A stretch of 64,000 bases of DNA from Phoronis australis (lineage: Eukaryota; Animalia; Phoronida). The position numbers and the translations under genes are program-made. Location of the stretch: positions 53,793 through 117,792 of the forward strand of contig NMRA01000667.1 in NCBI GenBank assembly GCA_002633005.1, written 5' to 3'. Shown here piece by piece: positions 1 to 13,000 of this stretch (within the stretch, counting starts at the first letter, position 1; the number at the start of each line of letters is the position of its first letter). Under the pieces are notes generated by a model, which was not told where the DNA came from, ran no database searches, and saw only the letters and a list, made by a program, of their open reading frames with translations.

Positions 1-35
1 CCCTGTGTTCAGCGCCTCACTGTGGTTGGTTTCAG

Positions 36-206
36 AGCTACCTGTATCAGATCACGCAGGGTATCCTGTTCTGCCACATGTGCCGTGTGATCCACCGTGA
101 CTTGAAGCCACAGAACCTGCTCATCGACAAGAAGGGCGTCATCAAGCTGGCCGACTTCGGTCTTGCCCGCGCCTTCTCCATCCCTGTCAGAGTATACACA
201 CACGAG
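36..206 (+). CDS. CDK1: CDK1 internal exon (catalytic loop, DFG, activation segment); 5' exons lie outside the window
   Basis: ttcAG acceptor at 34-35, GTcagt donor at 207. Encodes [57 protein letters not shown]. The exon series 171/164/142 nt matches the vertebrate CDK1 layout as I recall it, not CDK2. Confidence 0.93.
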
Positions 207-1503
207 GTCAGTGCTCCCGTGTACGATAGACTGTTTACTAGCGTTCAAGCGCCTTACCACCACCACAGTCAGAAGCGTTTAACAGGGAGGGGCTCAAAGC
301 GGGATAAATGGACTAAGCTATGAAATGTGCTGGACAATAATCACAATCTTGTTTTGAACAGTGTCACGACCCCCTTGTGTCCTGTGTATGACAGTACACA
401 TGCCTTTGTACATGACGGGATGTCTCTTAAGAGTTTGATCAATTTTTAGTTTACATTGGGTGTCAATTCATTACTGGACTTTCGGCGCACTTGCTAACTC
501 GTATTTCATGAGTCGGCACCCAGAGCACCGCTTCTGAAATGGTTGTCATGTAGTTAAAAACAGGTGAGAAACAGCACGCGCTAAAGGCCTTTTTAAAAAT
601 AACTGACGCTCTTTTGGAGAGTGCAGTTAGATGATAGAGCTGGTTTTGAGAACGTACTCGAGCATCTCATGTGTGAACTGAAAAAATATACGGTGCCTAC
701 TCAGTCTCTTGTAGAAGAAATGAGTATGTGCAAGGATATAGTTCTTTGTAAATTACAAGCTTAACCAGAAGGGCACTCTCATCTCTGCTGGTTTAAAGCG
801 CACGTTTGTCTGCAACTTTTGAAAGTTGAAACAAAACCTAGAAGGGAAAAGCACAAGGTTTAAAACAAACTTAAAGTATTTTGTTCTCGTTTTAAAGCCC
901 ACAAGCAAAAATTGGCAAAATCAAATGCATTTTGCTCCTTAGCTTGTGCTCAATTCGAACACTGCTATGTCAAAAATATCCTTAAATGTACTTTCTGACA
1001 GTCTGTGGAACAGATTGTTTCTTCAAAAATGCTTTGTTTTTCCTATCAAAGTTATTAGATTGCTATGTGGCGATGTTGCAAGGAAGTTTTGCCTTTCCAC
1101 AGAAGGTGGAGCTGTTCAATTTCCAAAGTCTCGTGGCTTTTTACCATGCAGGTGTACTTAAGTGCTGCTTCAGATATTGAATGTTTACCATAGTGTCATT
1201 TGGCTTAAAATTCTTATTCTAAAGATTATGGAAAAAGTGCGAATTCTATTTTCAAGTGTTCAGTGATCCTGGATTGGTTTTGAAAAAAAATAGTTGCATC
1301 ATATATATATATGTGTGTGTGTATGTATATGTATGTGATATTGCAAAGGCTAGAAATGATATGACAGCAGAAGGCTCCAGGAGTTGTTTGAACTAAATTC
1401 AACTACGTATATTCGGAACGAGAGTATATAGCACATCTGTGTATTGACTTTGGCTCATTATTGACTGGACACTGTAGATAACGTAGTCCTACTCGCATTC
1501 TAG

Positions 1504-1667
1504 GTCGTGACCCTGTGGTATCGGGCCCCTGAAGTGCTGCTAGGGTCTACTAGATACTCAACACCCCTAGATGTCTGGAGTATCGGCTGCATATTTGCCG
1601 AGATGATCACCAAGCGCCCCCTCTTCCATGGTGATTCGGAAATCGACCAGCTTTTCCGCATTTTCAG
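1504..1667 (+). CDS. CDK1: CDK1 exon ([10 protein letters not shown]...GDSEID)
   Basis: ctAG acceptor, GTgagt donor. Encodes [54 protein letters not shown](R), including the Cks-binding GDSEID motif. 164 nt. Confidence 0.95.
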
Positions 1668-3005
1668 GTGAGTGAGGCAATAAAGCGGGCACTGGCTTCA
1701 TGAACAACGTTCAGCAAGCGAGCCCTCAAATGTAGGCAAGTTCTCGTAATCGTTCTCAATAGCTAGTTCTCTTAGTAATCCAAGATGGCGTGACATTAGA
1801 TTTCCAAGGCGATTGCCTTGAGGAGTGGCAATGATTTTAAGCAGTTCACGTTGGAAGTACACCACAGTATGCACTACAAGATTGTCGGCAATAATTGTCG
1901 AAAGTGTACAGAAATAAATAATTTAATTTAGTGGCAAAGCTTGCTTTATGTTAGTTTGGTGGCCTTTTTGTGCACACTGTCATTCAACAGCGAGCTCTGT
2001 TTAGGGTGGTGTCCGCGTTTACTTTAGGCAGGCACGCACCCTGTTGAACAGGTCGGACGCTTCTGAAGGGTGCTTGATGTTCTAACCACTGATGGGTGTA
2101 ATTCTGCTGACGCTGTGGTGTCTCGGCTCCAAAATGCACTCGTTCGATTACAATTCAGTTAACTGTAAAACCGCACATGCTGGAATGGTGTTGTTGCTTT
2201 CCCGTGAATTGACCTGAAGTTTTCAAAGTTATCTTCTTTATCTGTGATGGCATGACCAGGTTATACTTACTAATTTTTGTGCCATTTTGTGGAGAGGATA
2301 AAGGGCTACACGACAAAATACAAATTGAAATCCGTTTTCCTTGCCACTTGTCAAACCCCTTTTGGGTGGTCAAAGCTCTTGAGTGTTTTGTTTGGGGATG
2401 AACATGGTATTGAAAGGTTTGGAGAATATTTTGTGCAATTGATTACAATTATAACACGTATTTCTGGTCTTAACCCGTGAAACCAAATGTTTTTAAGACA
2501 CTTTGTGGGAAAAGAAACTCGTCATTTGCATGAAAATAGCGCCAGGACATTTTGTAGCGAAGCGACTTTTTCTAAAAATATTATTTTTTACTTTGTTTGC
2601 CATTGCTTCCGTCAACTTGAAACTTTTCTTTTAAAATTTATATATTCTGTTTCTTCCTTCTATTGGTTGCAAACCGCTTGTGGTATTTCGTTTAGGCCTT
2701 ATAACCAGAGTATGTGGCTTTCAAAAACTGAAGGTTTTAACGATCCGCAAAAATATTTGAATGTTTTCGTTTTTGGCAGCTCAGATCTTCGGCTAAGATG
2801 CCTGATACGAAAACATGCATTTGTAGATAATAGAACAAATAAACAACATTTGCGAGTTATGGGCAAAAATCTTCATTTGTGGAAACTGCAGTGATGCTTA
2901 CCAAGGATGTTGAAAATACAGTAAAACTAATAGGTCAGACATGCATAAGACGCACACAACGCAGGCCCAGTTCTGCAGTACAATTGTTTTTGTTCATGTA
3001 CGGGT

Positions 3006-3158
3006 AACCGTAAACTTAATGCCCTGGGCGCTTAAATTGGAAAACCCCAAGACAAAGTGGGCGATTACCCAAGCAGTGGGTGCTTAAACCGAAAATTGCC
3101 GAAATGTCGGGATGTGCGATTACCCCCGGCATAAGCGTTAACTCTCGAGTTTATGGTA
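3006..3158. mobile_element. Short MITE, Tc1/mariner/pogo-like
   Basis: Imperfect inverted ends (ACCGTAAAC...GTTTATGGTA) around internal GGGCGATTAC/GGCGCTTAA repeats. Confidence 0.45.
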
Positions 3159-3310
3159 TTTGCTGAGTTTTACTTTAATATATGGTTTTGTAGATTAAAA
3201 ACTTAGTATTTTTGAAATTATTTAAAGAACCGTGACCCTCGGCAACGAAGGTCATCAGCTGTCTTAAGATTACGGCATCTGTATATGACAAAGCTCCGCC
3301 TTCCTTGCAG

Positions 3311-3452
3311 AACACTAACCACGCCCACTGAGGAGACATGGCCTGGTGTGTCCGAGCTGCCCGACTATAAGAAATCATTCCCCAACTGGAAAGTCAACCA
3401 CCTGGCTGGTGCTGTCAAGCAGCTAGATGACACGGGACTAGATCTTCTGCAG
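3311..3452 (+). CDS. CDK1: CDK1 exon
   Basis: ttgcAG acceptor, GTatgt donor. Encodes (R)TLTTPTEETWPGVSELPDYKKSFPNWKVNHLAGAVKQLDDTGLDLLQ. 142 nt, phase-compatible. Confidence 0.94.
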
Positions 3453-4098
3453 GTATGTCACAAACCTGGTATTTGGGTTAAGGTTAAAGACAATCTTCAT
3501 TACTACGGAAATCTTGTTGAGGGGCTTACTATTGTAAACTTGTGAAACTATTTTTTTAAGATCCTTAGATTGTCGCAGACACTCATTAGGTGCAGAAAGA
3601 TAATTCTCAGATGTTTGTAATCATGGCCGAGAACTTGACTGCCAAAAACCAAGATTTCTGAATTCTGATTTCACGACTTTTTAGAAAGAAGAGCCGTGTA
3701 ATTACAAATGTCCGGGAATTATTTTCATATGTGTAATAAGTCTCTGTGATGGTCAAGGATTTTAAAGTTTTGTACAATACAAGACCAAACTGTTTTACCC
3801 ATCGTGGCTGCAAAAAAATTGGGCTTCGGCCCAGCAGCCATAACAAGAATTCCGAGTCATTTTGTCTGAATACCTTTGACTGTATATTCTAAGTCTGTTA
3901 CTTTCTGTATCTAGACTCAATTAGGCTTTTTAGGATTTGTCGTCAGAGGGATACGATTAATGAGTTAAAGTTACATAGAACTGTTGATTACTCTGCGTAT
4001 TCATCCAAATGTCTACAAGACTATAGATTTCAAACCAGTAAAAGTATATATTTTCTGAAAGTAGAAAGCCTTTAGAATTTTAATGTTTGACTTTGTAT

Positions 4099-4590
4099 CA
4101 AGGCTTGGAATTTTCCGTGGAAACGTGGATTTCCGCTTTTTTCAAATGTTCTGTCCGTGCACTTTTGTTATATTATATTTCTGCGTAAAAAAATCGGATT
4201 TGATATAAAATTACCGCGGCAAATTTCTTTCTTACGGCGGCGTTGCAGACGACGTTCACCTCGAAAAGCGGAAGTTGCTCTTTATGTTTCGGAGGAATGT
4301 AAATTGTCAACATTGCCGGGGCATCTGGGGACAGCGTGGTGGGATTTTCAATGGTGTCTCGTGGGATTGTGAACCGTGGCTTTGCAGTCAAAAATGTGTG
4401 GGTTGGGAGTGGACGGATGAGCTAAAAGGACGCAGACGCATGCTGCTGATGGGGGAAAATTTTTTTCTTTTTTAGTCTTCCCGATTTTTGTCGGCGTAAG
4501 GTTCACATCGACCATTTCAAGACTAGGTAGCGTGCATGTTTTGGGCCGTAAAAGTTTCCGCGTTTTTGTCATTGGTCTTTCCAAGCCCTG
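4099..4590. mobile_element. hAT-like MITE (TIR CAGGGCTTGGAA), CDK1 intron
   Basis: caaggcttggaa...ttccaagccctg, flanked by a direct TTGTAT on both sides. Related copies at ~11965-12190 and 27550-27780. Confidence 0.6.
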
Positions 4591-5414
4591 TTGTATACCA
4601 GACTACCATTAGCCGGGTCACATGACCATGTCTTTTTTAGTTAAATTTGGCAGAACAAAAAGGCAGCTGCGTATCCATAGCAAAACGGGGGTATCAAGTA
4701 CTTTCAAGTAAATTTCATTTCAGATATAAATTTAAGGCGAAATCTTGAAAACACTGTTATGGTATCCTATTTTCGATAGCCTCTGGTGCAAAAGTAGATT
4801 TTAGAAACTATTCCTAAGCTGTGGTTTGGGAACAGTGTATAGAACAGTATCTAATCCCTGCGAATCCGATCAGTCATTTCTGAGCTATGATGTTCTGGGT
4901 TTAGCCAAATTTGGTCATTTTTCGAAGGTCCTGCATAAGCTTAAGCAAGGTTACCGTAGTTTGTATAGGTTTTAATCGGTGGAACGATAGAAATCGTTGG
5001 TTAGCTTCGTGTGTGTGTAGAAAGGATGATTTAATGTTTTTAGTCTGGTGAAAAAATTCATGTCTAGAAGTTACGGTGATCTCCGTAGAAACACGGACCT
5101 TCTTAGTTCTTACTAACAACGTTTCTGAATTTTGTTTTTGTTCGCGAAAGATGGTTTTTGGTCATCAAGGATTTTTGAAATGTATGGTTTTATGGGTTGA
5201 AATGTAGAATTTTAGGAAATATTTGTGTAATCCTTGGTTGGGAATATAGTCTGTTCCATCGATGGAGATTATCACTCAGCCAGGCGTCTCAAAAGCTTGA
5301 AAAAGTCAGCAATGAGCATTCACTTGCTGCTTTAGATTCTCAGGAAAGTCCCATGAAGAATTATAATTTTTTGTATCGTATCCGATTACCGTCATCGTCT
5401 GTCTTTATTTTCAG

Positions 5415-5519
5415 AAAATGCTCATCTACTACCCGTCTGATCGAATCTCCTGCAAGGAAGCTCTGAAGCACCCTTACTTTGACGACCTGGACAAGAAGAG
5501 TCTGCCTGCCCAGTCGTAA
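5415..5519 (+). CDS. CDK1: CDK1 terminal coding exon
   Basis: ttttcAG acceptor. Encodes [34 protein letters not shown] with TAA at 5517-5519. Confidence 0.94.
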   Translation, partial: KMLIYYPSDRISCKEALKHPYFDDLDKKSLPAQS

Positions 5520-5938
5520 TACGACCTCTGACCTCACTCTGCCATGCCAAGGCATGAGTGTGTGATTGTGACTGCGAGGGATATGCGTGTGATGATGAAT
5601 TGTACATAGACCCACACTGACATTGTTGTCGTGGTGTAAGCTTACTGTGCCATGACGTGAAGATTTGAGGTCACATGCACTCTGGTGATCTCTGACAGTT
5701 GAGTCTTTGTTTTGTTGCCGGACGAAGGTTTATGAACTTTATTGCTTTTGATAGGTCAAAAAGACCTGATGAGGTGTTCTCTGTTGTTGTTTAAATGACT
5801 GACAACGAATGCAAATTATTTTTTTGCCCCAAGGGTTGGACCTGAAAGGTGTTGGAGAGAAGCCAAATATTTTTTTAGCTCAGAACACTTTAATTTTTCA
5901 TAATATAGTGTGTTCAAGAGGCATTCCAACTACACACA

Positions 5939-6261
5939 AATAAAATGTAAATGTTTTGAGCAACACGATTATTTTCATTAGAACGCTTATAGTTGCCGAA
6001 GGTTGAAGAGTAATTATTTTAATGGAGGAGTTAGTTACTATTTTTGTGTAGAGCCCAGCTCGTTTGTTTTCGTATAGATGTGAGCTGGAGTGATTACATT
6101 TAGTGTGGACCGTAGATCAAACATATTCAGTCGACAACTTGTTTTAGTTTTCAGCACTAGCTTGCATTGATGGAGGGTTCTACAGCAAATTACTGTCGAT
6201 TAAATTTGTTCATCTTTGGACAGAAACAATTTGCTTGTTTATTTAGATTTAATTAAATAAA
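5939..6261 (+). terminator. Candidate CDK1 polyadenylation signals (AATAAA at 5939-5944 and 6256-6261)
   Basis: Two canonical hexamers in a T-rich 3'UTR-like tract after the stop codon. Confidence 0.5.
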
Positions 6262-6767
6262 CAATTAGTGAAATCTCAACAGATGTTTCTTCACTGAATT
6301 TTCATTTAACATCGTTTACGCCAACAGGGCTGGGAATGGCTGAAATGTCTACACGGTGGGGTAACTCATCGCCCCAATACAGGAGTTCAAAGTGTATTCT
6401 AAATGAACCCCAAGGTCCTGCTAAAAGGGGGTTACAATCACCCATTGGATGTTTTATTCAGAATGAGTAATGAACTAATCAAAAAATCATAACTATTACA
6501 AACTGAATAATTATTGTTCTGGTGTCAAAAACAAATCACAAGCGCATTTCATCCGCTGTCGCAATGTCACTAAAAGTTGAAATTGGTTACTGGACAATAG
6601 GTCAAGGCCATTTCTTGGTCAGACTATGCCTCCATATTCAGCAGATTTAGAACAGATAGTACTTATCAGCTCCAGCGACACAGAATTTCCTTCCTCTATG
6701 AGTTTCCTAGCTTTACTCACAAGTGAATTTTGATTTCCAAATAGCTGCTTATAAGCGAGGTCAAATC

Positions 6768-6902
6768 TGGCGTGCGTTCAGTAGACGCTAGGACCTAGCT
6801 AAAACCTAGTCAAAGTCAAGTGTTCTCATTTAAAATACACGGCAATATCTCACAGAATCTCGCTTTTTAGAGAGGTCCTAGTGTTACTGAACGGGACGCT
6901 GG
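6768..6902. mobile_element. Palindromic MITE, copy 1 (between the CDK1 and RPTOR 3' ends)
   Basis: GGCGTGCGTTCAGTA..GCTAGGACCT...AGGTCCTAG..TTACTGAACGGGACGC; near-identical core at 54614-54771. Confidence 0.7.
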
Positions 6903-7082
6903 TTTGATGATAAAAATATATACAGGCCAACGTCGTCTGTACTTTGATATCCCTGCGTTTTCAGTTCCTATACCATGAGCTAACAATATTTAACATAATA
7001 AATCCTGCTTAAAAATGTTTATAAAGAAGTGTTTTAAAAACTGGATGGAAAGACAAAAATTTTCATTGGAAATCATACGTAT

Positions 7083-7088
7083 TTTATT
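7083..7088 (-). terminator. Candidate RPTOR polyadenylation signal (implies a ~2.9 kb 3'UTR)
   Basis: TTTATT on + (AATAAA on -) at the edge of an A-rich (U-rich on -) tract extending from the RPTOR stop. Confidence 0.45.
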
Positions 7089-9940
7089 AAAACTTTATAT
7101 ACAACAAATAACAACAGAAGTCAAGTAGCTGATGTCAGGTGATAATTACATGGACAATTATGTTTACTGAAAGCCCAGCATTTAGCAAAGGCCAAATGCA
7201 TTTTGTAGCTCCACCAAGGTGGATTCTTAACATTCAATGTAATGAAATGGCATGCGGCCCACAAACTTACTATTGGTGTACAAACGTGTATGAGAGACAA
7301 CAGTGTATTTGTAAATTATACAAAGGCACTGCCATGATGCAAGCAAAGCATAGTTTCAAGAGAGTTTGAATTACTTCAACCAATAAATCATACGGTCTCA
7401 GTACATGGCACAGCTGCAGTACAAACCAAAGGTATTCAGACAACATGACCTGGGCCCCATGGTCTAATCTTGGCACTTGAAATCTCACTCCAAATTTAAG
7501 TATTTTCTACTCTACTTTTGAGCAAGCTCTAGATAAGTGTCTATTATTCCATGCTTGGGTAGATTGTGGCATTTGCATGAGTTTCTAGTCCATGTTCCAA
7601 CTTGATGACCCCTAGATATGAGCAACAAACTTAAGTAATAACTTAAGATTTCGAGTTAAAAGTTGGAAATTTCGAGTTCAGACTCAAACTTGTAGCCTTA
7701 ATCCTGGGGTCTTTACGTGCAAATAGGATCAGACAGTTATTCACGCAAGCCAATATGTTCTCAAGCATAGAACAATGGACACTTCAGTTCGCACAAAAGT
7801 AATCTAAGAATGGAAAATGGCAAAAGTAATTCAGAGTTCGATTTCAAGTAAATAAAAAGATTAGGCAAATTATAACGGCTGGATGAAAGCCAAACTCATC
7901 GTCAAAACAGTCTACTCTCATGACTGAGCATGGAATGAACTAGCAGAAGCCACTGGAACTAGATTTTTTTCCTTATGATAGCAATTACCAACCATTTTTG
8001 ACATCATGATGGGTACATGGCATTTTGTCCGACATTTAAGTCTGGTACTGCACTAACCAAGGTGTTCAAAACATGACATTTTCAACTGTTTGACTATGTC
8101 AAATGCACCGCAGTTCTACTCAGAATACAAAATGAAATAAAAGTTAAGTTATATTAAGACGCAATGGAAAATAAGTTACACTACAGTTAAATCTAAAAGT
8201 TATGACACGACCCAGCGATTGTTTGGGTTGATGTTACCTTTAAAACATGCCATAATGCATAGACAGGTTCATGAGGTTTCTACGCAGTGAGAATGGCACA
8301 GCAGTAATTTCGACAAGAAATGCATTTTCATGGGTTTCAGTTGATTCAAACACTAGAATTACAAATTTACAGCTGAAGTGTTGAAAGAAGTAATACTAAT
8401 ACTATTACTCATCGTAGGCGTAAATAAGCCCCGCGTAGACGATCTGCCAAAAACTTAGCCTGATGCGTATCCCGTATGCTTATCATGGAAACAACCAACT
8501 TCATTTTCTAGTAACAACAATCAAATTCCCACCAAAACAAAGACAATCCCTTCCTCACAACACACCACAAATAACACGTTAAGGTTTAAAAATCAAAGTA
8601 TGGCATCTAACCCTGAATATCATTCGTTGCTGAGGACATTAAGGAAATGAACCGACAAGAACAGGAAATTCACAAAAATAACATTGAATTGGGGCACATC
8701 GCGCATGCTGACAATTTGTCCAATCAAGGAATGACGAGGAGAGCTTGAGAAACGTCTTAAACGGCAAAACTTGCCCAAGTCGGTTCCATCCGAGTATGGC
8801 GAAATCCGACTTCTCTGAAGGGCTGAATGAAGGAACTAAAGCACCTGTGCTGCGGAACTTAGTTCGACTGGAGTGATTTTCCATTTCAAACAAAACGCTG
8901 CTTTTGTGAAAACAAAAATGAAACTTCATTTTCAGTCCACAATAATATTTAATTAACCTTACCTCTTCATAAAGGTTTTAAATGAACTGCTTGCCAGTAA
9001 AAACAGAGTCTACCTTTCACTCATCATTCATTTCATTTTTATGGCCACGACAGACGCATAATCTCTGACTAGAAATTCCAGAAACAAATTGCAGGAATCA
9101 CTAAGCAAACAAACATTATATCGTTAACATTAAATCTATACAAACCTATCACATCACGGAAGTCACGACTAGATATGGGGCTTCGTTGAGGTTTCAAACT
9201 ATTCTACGAATGACTGAGACATAAACACCACTACCAAAACCAGTCACCAGTTATTACTGACAATTCTGGGAGGTGGTTTGTCATACGATAGTCCTGGTCT
9301 TAATGAGATGAAATTCTAAGATATTTGTCCAGGTTAACGCCCAGAGTGTTTAAATTGAGAAACTCAAGCATCAGGAGGTGAGCCTTGAGCCACGTCTGGT
9401 ATATTTTTAAGTCCCAGTTGAGAATTTATTCACACCACCCACTTTAGTTAATGTCTTTTTCATGTGGACGTCAGCTTCAGTTTTAGAAAAAATTACGTAT
9501 CTACTCCCAAAAAAATTCAGTCATAATTTAGTGCTCACTCAATTTGCGTTTGCTTTCCATCTGAGTTTTAGCCATATCTTTGATGGAGCCAGAAAACTTC
9601 GACAAAAATTCCGACAACTCTAATGCTGTACCTTAGATACATGAAATCACCTGAATATAGACAATGTTGTCAGTCATGGATATAAAGTGAATTAGGTGGA
9701 ATTTGGTAGCTGATATTCTCCGCAGAATGGCATTTACAAAGACATAAGTGAAAGGAGAGGGCACTTAGAAGTGAAATCGAAAATTAGGTGGTGGGTGTTA
9801 AGTCAAACGAGGGCGTTAACCCAGCCAAGTACAGCGTCACTAAATCATATTAAGCTGGCAGCAAGCTATGTCCATAAATAATGAGAGGGGCTAGTTAGTT
9901 ATAAATAGAATGAATGAAATGACCCTATCCAGGACTATCT

Positions 9941-10009
9941 TTATCTCTTTTTCTCTGGGGTGGCATAGACAGAAATGAAACCATCTGTACTACCAGCAGC
10001 CAGCCGTAC
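9941..10009 (-). CDS. RPTOR: RPTOR exon 30 (terminal)
   Basis: [22 protein letters not shown]; AG acceptor, TAA at 9943-9941. Confidence 0.94.
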   Translation of the reverse strand, partial: VRLAAGSTDGFISVYATPEKKR

Positions 10010-13000
10010 CTGTTAAAGGAAAAGAAATGTGCCAGGATCAGATGTTTCGTACATAGCATAACGAAATGTCCAGTGTCATCTAGTTCACACGTAGGGGACT
10101 TAAAACAGAAGCATTATGCAGTCGAAGACCCTGATTTTTCTGTGATACTGGAAAATGAACAGAACTCACAGAATTGGGACTTCTTTGATGGAGTTCCCAT
10201 ATTTCAGTAGCAGATACCAGAAACTGTATATTTCTGGTTTATAATTACCAAAACTTAACGTTCAACATGGCGTAAAGAATGAAGACAATTCCCAGAACAT
10301 TTAACTTTGAAATAGTAAAAGCAAAGATGCTAATTTACTATTAAAACGGGAAAAAATAGTGTATGCCAACATAGCATTCTCTCACTTTTGGAAAAAGGAA
10401 ACTAGGGTTTCCATGTATTCATCTCTCAGCTCTCAGCTAATACAGACTTTCAAAAAAGCCAATCTGTTGAAATGACAAGAACAGAATACCCTTACACAAA
10501 CAGGACTTGTGGAGGACAACACGTGATCAGCACGACATTATCAGATAAAGCAACTCGACAGCACAATCAGACAGAAACTATTACAATACTAGTAAAAATA
10601 AATTGCAAAGGACAAGTGTCCCGCAGAGAGTACTTGCTACGTTTCTGAAATACACCATAGAGAACAACTTGATGCCTTATGAATATGGATCAGGGACAGC
10701 AAGAGGACTGAAAAAAACAACCCATTCCAAAAAAGTGACAGATAAGGCTAGATGCTCTCCTGCTTCAACTACAACCAATGACACTATACTTCTCTAGAAC
10801 ACCACCAGGGCTTGCACATAAATGAACCAATGGGGGACCAGGTGGTATCGGCTCACCTTGTATGGATGGAAGGCCATGCACGTGATTGGACCAATGCGCT
10901 GGCCAATGAAACCCTCGTGGTATTTGATTGTGCTCAGGTTGTCCCCGCAACTGTTATAGATGTTGATCGTCTGAAGCGCCGAGCCACTGTAGACAACAAG
11001 AAAGATGAGTCAAGAGAGCAACTTGATCAAGTCGTCAACACATAGCGGCAACAGTACTAAAGGTAACGTAGGACCTTAGAAAAATAACCGAATTTAGCAA
11101 ACTTTCGACCATCGTATCTCAGAAATGGCTAATCCGATTCATGTGAAACCTCCAGACAATATACTTTATGCAATGTTCTCAAAAACACACTGTTTGGATT
11201 GCTTGTAAAATGTTCCACTTTTCCATGAAGGGTTATTATAAAATAGCACTTTTAGGATATTCATGAAAAAATTACGTCAAATAAAACGACACTGAAAAGA
11301 CATAGTTGCATAAAACATTTAATGACAGGCAGAAACTCAAAAATTTTTTAAGGCTTTCTACTTTCAGAAAATAATTTACTTAAAACCTACTTGTTTTAGA
11401 GATTTAGCTTAATACGCAGACGTATAAATAAAGTCACATAAAATAATCTAAATTATAAAGTCAAAAATGCGAATACTATTAGGCATCCCTGCACATATTA
11501 ATGGAAGCAAAAGAAAGGCATTGCCTTGCAATAGATTCCTATTCAGGGCTGTTCCAGCAAAATCTGTATGGGAGGGGGGAAGGCACTTTTATTTCGTACC
11601 CACCTCCCATATTTTTCATGTATTATGGATTTTACTGGAACAGCCATCAAGGGATTTAAAATCTCGCTCAAATGATTTTTTAGAGTTTGTAATTGTTTTC
11701 AATACATTATTGAAGATGTGTTGTAACAGTGGCCAGAGGCCTATGCACTTGAAATAGATGAATGAGCTATTAATGACACACAAATAACGGTATCGTGCAG
11801 TCGATTAGCGTTCATCTGCACAAGAGATGTAGTAGACTGCATAACAAAAACATCACGCTTTCACGCATCATGTTAAAATCAATGCTTTTGATGTCATGCA
11901 ACAACCAATCGTATCCTGCAGATAAGATTTGAAGCAAAGTAACCCAGCCTAGTTACAAAGTGCAAGAATTGGAATGACCAATGAGAAAAAAGAGGAAAAT
12001 TTCCCAGGTGATGTATCGTTCCACAAATATATAGGCTTGTATGATAGAAATACTTATTTGTGAAATAAATGTTTTTGCATGAATAAAGTGAAAGCAATGA
12101 TTTAAAAAGAGGAACCTGGAAAACAAATATGATGAAATTGAAACCCAAAATCAAAGAGGAAATCCTCTTAAAAGAGGAAAATTCCAAGCCAAGACAGTGG
12201 AGTCAATAGGCTTTTCAGACAAGCTGCTGGGAAAGACTGACGTACTAGTCAATGCAAACGGTTTGAAAAACATCCTCACCCTCATTATAATCTTAACTAC
12301 AACAAATCAACTAGCGACGCACAAAAAATCTCTCCGAAGGAAAAGAGTCAAACTTACCATGAGACTACGTCTCCGTAAGGGTGTACCTCTAGTGATGTCA
12401 TGCCTTGAGTTGATGGGAATGACATCACAGACTCGGTAAAACGTGGGTCCCAGAATCGGACGTCGCCGCCCACACTGAAAAACACCAGGTACAAGTATCA
12501 ACCTAAGTGCACACTGCCTTTGACGAAAGACATTTTAAGACACATGACTAATATTCAGACTTACTTCAACTGGACAGTGTGGCGAAATGGTGATACAGCT
12601 GACAGTAGAAGCTTCACAATCTCTCCACCTATGAATGAAATTTCTTCATCCAATAAGTTTAAAGCGGCTATAAACATGTTTCTTCCAAGAAGTGAACTTT
12701 TAATTCGGTCCCCTTACCACTAAAAATTGTTCTCACCTTGTACTTTTCCCATATGAGAAGTGACTTTTAGGCTTGCAAAGACCCAGCAGTTCATAACTAC
12801 CCGAGACCATGCTTAGCGCACAAAACGACACCCCATGACAAGCCAACCAATGGAGCCTGATCCTAAGCAGTAACAAACCGTCACTTCTTTCGAGACTCGA
12901 AATCACTGATGAACAATTTGAAACCAAACTAGTGTACTATCTTCCTCAGCACCGAGATTGTTCACACAAGAACAGCATTACCGCGGACATCAAAATACAA

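Noticed and set aside
946-2894. Short intronic ORFs in CDK1 introns (and similar 60-110 aa ORFs across the window)
   Set aside because: Non-ATG or weak starts, AT-rich low-information translations and no splice or homology support.
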